From an uncultured Planctomycetaceae bacterium (lineage in GTDB: Bacteria; Planctomycetota; Planctomycetia; Planctomycetales; Planctomycetaceae), in the NCBI GenBank assembly GCA_963976765.1, contig CAXBME010000005.1:1-64000 (forward strand): a stretch of DNA of 64,000 bases. Direction: 5' to 3'. The stretch's first letter is position 1, and every line of letters begins with the position of its first letter. A program made the translations under genes and the position numbers. The notes beneath the pieces are model-generated. The model was given only the letters and a program-made list of their open reading frames with translations, searched no databases and was not told where the DNA came from. Positions 58,344 to 64,000 of this stretch are shown in pieces.

Positions 58344-59837
58344 TCAGTTGAGGGAATCACGGCGTGTTACCGAACGGCGACGTCCAGGCTTGCGAGACGG
58401 CTCGCAGGAGTAGATGCCGGCTTCGTGAGCCGACAGGCAGCGACCGTCGGACCATTGCCGGAGTCGATCGACCGATTCCGCCGCCGTAACGGCCACGGGG
58501 ACGATGTTGCTCGCCGCCTGCGTCAGTGGAATGTCGAGCAGCGCCGCCAGACGGCAGCACGAGCGAATTTCCGCTCCCGTCCATTTGTCGTCGGGCGGCA
58601 GTAGCTGGTCGCTATCCAGCTCGAACTGCTGGAGGTAGAGCTGCCAGATCGCCGCCTTCTCGGTATCGGTGGGCAGGTCGAGAAAGAAGATGCCGTCGAA
58701 GCGCTCGGACCTTGAGAACTCCGGCGGCAGCTTCGAGATGTCGTTGCTGGTGGCAATGAAGTAGACGTCAGAAGTGTGGTCGTTGAGCCACGTCAGCAGT
58801 GACGAGAACAGCCGCGCCGACACACCGGAATCAGTCTGCCCGGAACTCGCCACACCGCTGAGCCCCTTTTCGATCTCGTCCACAAACAGGATGCACGGAG
58901 CCATCGCGTCGGCGATGCGCAGAGCCTGCCGAATGTTGTTTTCGGTTTGCCCCACGAGCGACCCCATCATCGCACCCACGTCGAGGATCAACGCGGGACG
59001 ACCGGTCTCTCGACCAAGTGCTTTGGCAAACGCCGACTTGCCGGTGCCGGGAACTCCCAGCAGTAACGCGCCACGAGGACGCTTCAACGGATTTCCTCGT
59101 CCCGGCTGCAGCAGCGACCGCTTGCAGAACGACTTCAGCGAGTTGAGTCCGCCGAGCGCCTCGAAATCATCCTGCCCACGATGCAGCTCCAGCAGTCCCG
59201 ACTTCTTCAACATCCCGGACTTCAGTTCCCACACCGCCTCACTGGTAATGCGGTTGTGCCTGACCAGCGAAAGGCTGAACGCGTTCTCGGCCTCGTACCG
59301 CGTCAACCCGCAGGCCGCATCCAGCACGGTGTCGAGTTCTGTGCCGGTTGGCAGCTCACCGTCTTCGGCAGCAATCCCCGTCGCGATGTCGTGCAGTTGC
59401 TCACGGTTTGGCAGCAGGTGCTCGACCACCACGAACAATTTTTCGAGTTCCACCGGAATGGCGACGACCGGCGAGAGCACGACGACGAACGTCCTTGTCT
59501 GCTTCCCGGCCACAAGCTGCTCGGCCAGAGCCTGCACAATCTCGGCACTGTTCAGGAACCGGTGAAAGTTCGACAGCACCAGCAGCGTCGCCGTATCGCC
59601 AGAAGCCGACCGCAACGTGCGGATCGCAGCCAGCGGGTCGGACGCCGATTGCTCGACGTCATCGGACTGCCCACTTGCTGACAGCCCCGCGTCGATGTTC
59701 CAGGTCATGAGCTGCCAGTCCTGCTCAGCACATAGCTGAGCCATCTCCCGCAGCGCATCCTCATGTTCATGAGATTCAATCCACAGCCCGGTGAAGCACG
59801 CGCGCACGTACTCCGCAAGGCGCTCTTTGAGCGTCAT
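58344..59837 (-). CDS. AAA+ ATPase (Ycf46-like)
   Basis: GVPGTGKS, FVDEIEK, ATSN..LPPEFSR..RFD, WTGAEI. Confidence 0.92.
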   Translation of the reverse strand: MTLKERLAEYVRACFTGLWIESHEHEDALREMAQLCAEQDWQLMTWNIDAGLSASGQSDDVEQSASDPLAAIRTLRSASGDTATLLVLSNFHRFLNSAEIVQALAEQLVAGKQTRTFVVVLSPVVAIPVELEKLFVVVEHLLPNREQLHDIATGIAAEDGELPTGTELDTVLDAACGLTRYEAENAFSLSLVRHNRITSEAVWELKSGMLKKSGLLELHRGQDDFEALGGLNSLKSFCKRSLLQPGRGNPLKRPRGALLLGVPGTGKSAFAKALGRETGRPALILDVGAMMGSLVGQTENNIRQALRIADAMAPCILFVDEIEKGLSGVASSGQTDSGVSARLFSSLLTWLNDHTSDVYFIATSNDISKLPPEFSRSERFDGIFFLDLPTDTEKAAIWQLYLQQFELDSDQLLPPDDKWTGAEIRSCCRLAALLDIPLTQAASNIVPVAVTAAESVDRLRQWSDGRCLSAHEAGIYSCEPSRKPGRRRSVTRRDSLN

Positions 59838-59921
59838 ACAAGTCTCCCAATGGTTGGTGTTCTGATGGGTAAGTAGAGAGATCGCTCCAAACGACACAGT
59901 CGTGAGCGAGTTGGCTGCGGA

Positions 59922-60126
59922 TCACACGTCCGCAGCGGGCGATTCGGCAGAAGCAGTCTGTTCGACGCTCACAACGCGGCGACGGGCTGCCGATTCATCG
60001 CAGTTGTTGGAGCCATCATCGCCACGCAGTGCAGCTCGACGGACTTGGTGTTCGTCATCAGCGACGACGTCAAACAATCCTGTGGACGCAAACAGTCCGG
60101 GTGAGGTGAACGCGGTATTCCGACAT
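59922..60126 (-). pseudogene. Small gene with a +1 frameshift
   Basis: MSEYRVHLTRTV.. then, in a shifted frame, GLFDVVADDEHQVRRAAL..ADV*. The span is 205 nt (3n+1). Confidence 0.35.
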
Positions 60127-60133
60127 GGCTCGG

Positions 60134-60340
60134 TTACCGCTGCTGCGTGGTCTGCTGAGTGCCGGCCACGCTCTGATGGAACTCCGATGTCAACTGCTCA
60201 GAGGCTCGTGAGCCGAGTGCCTTCTCGATGAACTCACTGGCTACCCGACATTCGCTGTCGGCAAAGCCCTTCGTCTCAAGCGACGTCGAGCCGTCGGACT
60301 TCACGATGATTTCGATGGTCTTCGATGAGGTCCCGGTCAT
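60134..60340 (-). CDS. DUF2997 family protein
   Basis: IEIIVKSDG..ETKGF..C..ASEFIEKALG..TSEF. Confidence 0.85.
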   Translation of the reverse strand: MTGTSSKTIEIIVKSDGSTSLETKGFADSECRVASEFIEKALGSRASEQLTSEFHQSVAGTQQTTQQR

Positions 60341-60705
60341 ACGGCACCTCCCACCTGCACGGTCAGCTTGATCGCACCGTCGGCCAGGCTCTGCTCCGTG
60401 ACTGAGTGCCCCTTTCGACGAGCCTCAATCTTCGTCTGCTCAACGGCATAAGCCTGCAGAAACTGATCCAGCCGAGACTGATCACCCCACCGACCGCCGT
60501 AGTTGTCGAACTGGGCTTCGCCAGTGGCTGTCTGGAAGACCACTGGATACCGCCAATCCTGTAGCCGGACTGCCAGGCCTTCCACCTCGCGACTGAAGAG
60601 TTTCGACTTACCCTCAACCGGCGGCTCCAGTCGCAGCCGATCGCAGGCCGCACGGACACCGGCGGCGTCCCGTACTTCAGTTCTGATCTCCACAATGTGT
60701 GACAA
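60337..60705 (-). CDS. DUF1257 (Ycf35-like) protein
   Basis: TTG start with GGGAGG RBS; SHIVEIRTEVRD..WRYPVV..FDNYGGRWG..QAYAVE. Confidence 0.85.
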   Translation of the reverse strand: MSHIVEIRTEVRDAAGVRAACDRLRLEPPVEGKSKLFSREVEGLAVRLQDWRYPVVFQTATGEAQFDNYGGRWGDQSRLDQFLQAYAVEQTKIEARRKGHSVTEQSLADGAIKLTVQVGGAV

Positions 60706-60967
60706 GACAAGCCTCCCGGAAACGAGTGCAAATACTGGCCTGAGACTGCAAATCACCACAGAAACGGTGTCCCTGATGAGTAGGCAGCCTCCCCAACTAA
60801 CTATGCCCCGTTTCGCGGCAGAATTTAGCAGGAAGGCGTCCAGGTGCCTCCCGTCACACCGCAGGCGGCTTCTGAACTGATTTGTTTGTCTACTGAAGCA
60901 TTGGTAAGGTTCTGCAATGCTGATGGAGCACAATTCCTGAGCCATATCCGAGGAGATTTCGAGAACC

Positions 60968-61180
60968 ATGAGCGTTCGCGAGCAGTATCTGACCGTCAAA
61001 CAGGCGGCTGCGAGACTGGGGATCGCTCCCAACACTCTGAGGGCCTGGGGAGCGTCCGGAAAGATTCCCGAGTATCGGCATCCGGTGAACAACTACCGGC
61101 TGTTCAAACCTGAGGATGTTGAGCACATCCTTCAGGAAATCGAGGCGTCAGTTTCGACGACTCGTCGCAAACCACGCTGA
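60968..61180 (+). CDS. MerR-type HTH DNA-binding protein (excisionase-like)
   Basis: YLTVKQAAARLGIAPNTLRAW..GKI..RHPVNNYRLF; AGGAG RBS. Confidence 0.85.
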   Translation: MSVREQYLTVKQAAARLGIAPNTLRAWGASGKIPEYRHPVNNYRLFKPEDVEHILQEIEASVSTTRRKPR

Positions 61181-61273
61181 CGATTCTTCAGGCGAATCGT
61201 GGCGCAGTTATTGAGAACATGACCAGAACATTAATGCACGCCTGAAATCAGGCGACTTGTCGCGGACCAGCGA

Positions 61274-64000
61274 ATGGCACAGTCGAAGCGGGCGAAAAAC
61301 TGGATTGTCCACACCGAGTCAGGTTTTCCGTGGGAACGGGAAGCTCTTGAATTTGTCCGCACGCAGTTTCCCTCGCACGAGCCTTACCGGGCATGGGCCA
61401 ACTTCGAGTTCATCGGCGACGATGGCAGCATCAACGAAGTCGACCTGCTGGTTTTTACGCCTCAGGGCTTCTTCCTGATCGAGATCAAGAGCCGACCGGG
61501 ACGCCTGCGCGGCGATGCGGGGACCTGGCGATGGGAGACCGACGGCAAGCCAACGGCCACGGTCGACAACCCTCTGTTTCTGGCCAACTCGAAAGCGAAG
61601 AAGCTGCGGTCGCTGCTGAGCCGGCAGAAGGCAGCGAAGAAGCACGGCAGTATTTCCTGGGTCGATGCGGTTGTCTTCTGCTCGGCACCGGACCTGCAAT
61701 GCGATCTGGTGGACACCGCAGCCCACAACGTCGTACTGCGGGACACCGAGCACCGCTCGGGTGTTATGGGGCTGATTCGACGTCGCGAATGTCCCGGCCT
61801 GAGGCAACACCTCTCTGACCGATACGACAAGCCTGCCTGTCGCATCGTCACGCAGGCGATGGATCAGGCGGGGATTCGGCCCTCCCAGCGCAGCCGCAAG
61901 GTCAGCGACTATGTGCTCGACCACCTGATCAACGAAGGTCCCGGTTACCAGGACTGGCAGGCGACACATACAACTCTGAAGAGCATTCGCCGTCGCGTCC
62001 GCATCTACAACGTCCGAACGGGAGCCAGTCAGGACGAACGCGACACCATCGAACGTGCGGCTCATCGCGAGGCCGAGCTGCTGGAGTCGCTGCAGCATCC
62101 GGGCATTCTTCGCCGCGAGGGATACACGCAGCACGAACTCGGTCCTGCTCTGATCTTCGAGCATGATCCCTTGATGATGCGGCTGGATCATTTCCTGGCC
62201 GAACGGCACGAGCGACTCGGGCTGGACGAGCGGCTGGACCTGGTCCGGCAACTCGCCGAGGTCGTCCGATTCGCCCATCAGCGGCGAGTCGTGCATCGTG
62301 CCCTGTCGCCTCAGAGCGTGCTGGTCAGTGAAGGCGCAGGAAGTCGGCTGCAGCTCAAAGTCTTCAACTGGCAGGTCGGCTATCGCGATCCGTCATCCAC
62401 AACCGACGAATCCCGAGGTGTCACGGCGACGTCGCATGTGGACCGGCTCGTGGAAGATGTCAGTACCGCGTACATCGCACCCGAGGCGATGTCCGGGGAA
62501 GACAACACCGGCGAGCACCTCGATGTGTTCTCGCTGGGGGCAATTGCGTGGCACGTCTTCACAGGGCAACCACCCGCAGCCAACGGTCTGGAACTGAGCA
62601 ATCGGCTGCACGAGACCAACGGTCTGCAGATCAGCTCGGTGCTGAACGGAGCCGGTGAGAACCTGCAGGAACTCATTCAGTGGAGCACTCACGCGGACGT
62701 CGGCTTGCGGCTCGACACAGCGGACGAGTTCCTGACGCTGCTCGAAAAGGTCGAAGACGAAGCCACAGCTCCCGATGCCGAACACTCGGTCGAAGACCCG
62801 AATCAGGCCCGCAAAGACGACATCCTGCCGGGTGGCCTGCGAGTGATTAAACGACTGGGTCGCGGCAGTTGCTCAATCGTGCTGCTGGTCGAGCGGGATG
62901 GCGAAGAGTTCGTGCTGAAGGCGGCCAGCGATCCCGAGCACAATGCCCGGCTGAAGGATGAAGTCGATGTGCTGTCGCGGCTGCATCACAACCACATCGT
63001 CGTGCAGTGCGGAACCGTCGAGATTGGCGACCACTTCGGCTTCCTGATGCGTCCCGTCTTCGCCGAACGCGAGAAACGCACGATCGAGACACTGCGGGAC
63101 CGGCTGCGGAGCGAAGGTCGTCTGCATGTTGATCTGCTGCAGCGATTCGGTAACGACCTGCTGGACGTCGTGCGGTATCTGGAAGAGGAAGCCGGCATCC
63201 CGCATCGCGACCTCAAGCCGGACAACATCGCCATTGGTCAGATCAAACGCGGCCAGAAGCTGCACCTGGTGCTGTTTGACTTCTCGCTGTCACGATCTTC
63301 GACCGAGTCGCTCCGGGCTGGCACGAACGGCTACATCGACCCCATGCTGCCGCTGCGCAAGAACAAACGCTGGGACCTGCACGCCGAACGCTACGCCGCC
63401 GCCGCGACGCTGTACGAACTGGCGGCAGGGCCGGGGATTCTGCCGAAGTGGGGTGACGGAGCCAGTCTGCCGTCGCTCACTAAAGACGAGGCGACGATCG
63501 ACGGCGACCGATTCGATCCGTCACTGCGGGAGCCGCTGACCGCGTTCTTTGTTCGAGCCTTTCAGCGAGACCCGCAGCAGCGCTTCGACAATGCCGAACA
63601 GATGCGCGACGCGTGGCGAGACTGCTTCATCGGCATCGAGGACTCATCGCCGCTGTCGGACCACGACGATGACACCGATCTGCGAGCCCTGCTGGATTCG
63701 GCGACGTTCGACACGCAGATTCCGGAACTCGGCCTGGGCACACGGACGACCAACGCACTCGATAAGGCCAACGTGCTGACCGTCGAAGACCTGCTGACCG
63801 TTCCCGTGCGACGCCTGATGAAGCTGCGGGGCGTCGGCAACAAGACGCGACGCGAAATCCTGGACGTCGTCCGCATCCTGCGTGAACGTCTCGGACGCCC
63901 GCAGCAGTCCGACGTGCCGGAAGTCGAGGAAGAAGTCGTCGAAACGGAAGTCACGGACGTCGGCAGCCTCAGCGTGGACCTGCTGGCTCAGCGAGTGACG
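61274..64000 (+). CDS. pglW: BREX type 2 / Pgl kinase PglW (3'-truncated by the window edge)
   Basis: Translated by hand, since it is missing from the ORF track for lack of a stop: NERD (SGFPWEREAL..YRAWANFEF..EVDLL..IEIKS), kinase 1 (VHRALSP), kinase 2 (LGRGS, HRDLKPDN, DFSL), and RNAP-alpha-CTD-like LGTRTTNALDKANVLTVEDLL..LRGVGNKT. Confidence 0.92.
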   Translation, partial: MAQSKRAKNWIVHTESGFPWEREALEFVRTQFPSHEPYRAWANFEFIGDDGSINEVDLLVFTPQGFFLIEIKSRPGRLRGDAGTWRWETDGKPTATVDNPLFLANSKAKKLRSLLSRQKAAKKHGSISWVDAVVFCSAPDLQCDLVDTAAHNVVLRDTEHRSGVMGLIRRRECPGLRQHLSDRYDKPACRIVTQAMDQAGIRPSQRSRKVSDYVLDHLINEGPGYQDWQATHTTLKSIRRRVRIYNVRTGASQDERDTIERAAHREAELLESLQHPGILRREGYTQHELGPALIFEHDPLMMRLDHFLAERHERLGLDERLDLVRQLAEVVRFAHQRRVVHRALSPQSVLVSEGAGSRLQLKVFNWQVGYRDPSSTTDESRGVTATSHVDRLVEDVSTAYIAPEAMSGEDNTGEHLDVFSLGAIAWHVFTGQPPAANGLELSNRLHETNGLQISSVLNGAGENLQELIQWSTHADVGLRLDTADEFLTLLEKVEDEATAPDAEHSVEDPNQARKDDILPGGLRVIKRLGRGSCSIVLLVERDGEEFVLKAASDPEHNARLKDEVDVLSRLHHNHIVVQCGTVEIGDHFGFLMRPVFAEREKRTIETLRDRLRSEGRLHVDLLQRFGNDLLDVVRYLEEEAGIPHRDLKPDNIAIGQIKRGQKLHLVLFDFSLSRSSTESLRAGTNGYIDPMLPLRKNKRWDLHAERYAAAATLYELAAGPGILPKWGDGASLPSLTKDEATIDGDRFDPSLREPLTAFFVRAFQRDPQQRFDNAEQMRDAWRDCFIGIEDSSPLSDHDDDTDLRALLDSATFDTQIPELGLGTRTTNALDKANVLTVEDLLTVPVRRLMKLRGVGNKTRREILDVVRILRERLGRPQQSDVPEVEEEVVETEVTDVGSLSVDLLAQRVT

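Noticed and set aside
61319..62296. 325-aa minus-strand ORF and other long antisense ORFs (e.g. 54693-55784, 31964-32932)
   Set aside because: They are shadow frames of well-supported genes on the opposite strand in GC-rich DNA.

Overview
Planctomycete-like DNA (ECF/Ser-Thr kinase pairs, planctomycete-type small conserved ORFs) covering the left end and most of the body of a large integrative island. A 45-bp 3' half of tRNA-Val(GAC) (871-915, minus strand) marks an att site, with relics of an IS630 and an older integrase to its left. To its right, in order: an atypical tyrosine recombinase; an ECF sigma/STK pair; a translationally coupled operon of a degenerate SF2-helicase-like protein, a group II-like reverse transcriptase (YSDD) and a small ORF, bracketed by two diverged ~270-nt repeats (about 65-69% identical by hand alignment) with compensatory base changes that suggest a structured ncRNA; a degenerate primase-helicase-like gene and a Rep-like gene flanking a hairpin cluster; a 24-kb efflux/detox/redox cargo block with four copies of an ECF promoter motif and a candidate cognate ECF/STK pair; a defence cluster (STAND NTPase-nuclease, GIY-YIG, two HEPN proteins); a DUF1257/DUF2997/AAA/DUF3150/beta-clamp-like/PD-(D/E)XK backbone operon; and the 5' part of BREX type 2 pglW, which runs off the window. 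The best candidate for an undescribed system is the repeat-flanked helicase-RT module at 6.8-11.6 kb. All family assignments are by eye from motifs; no searches were run.
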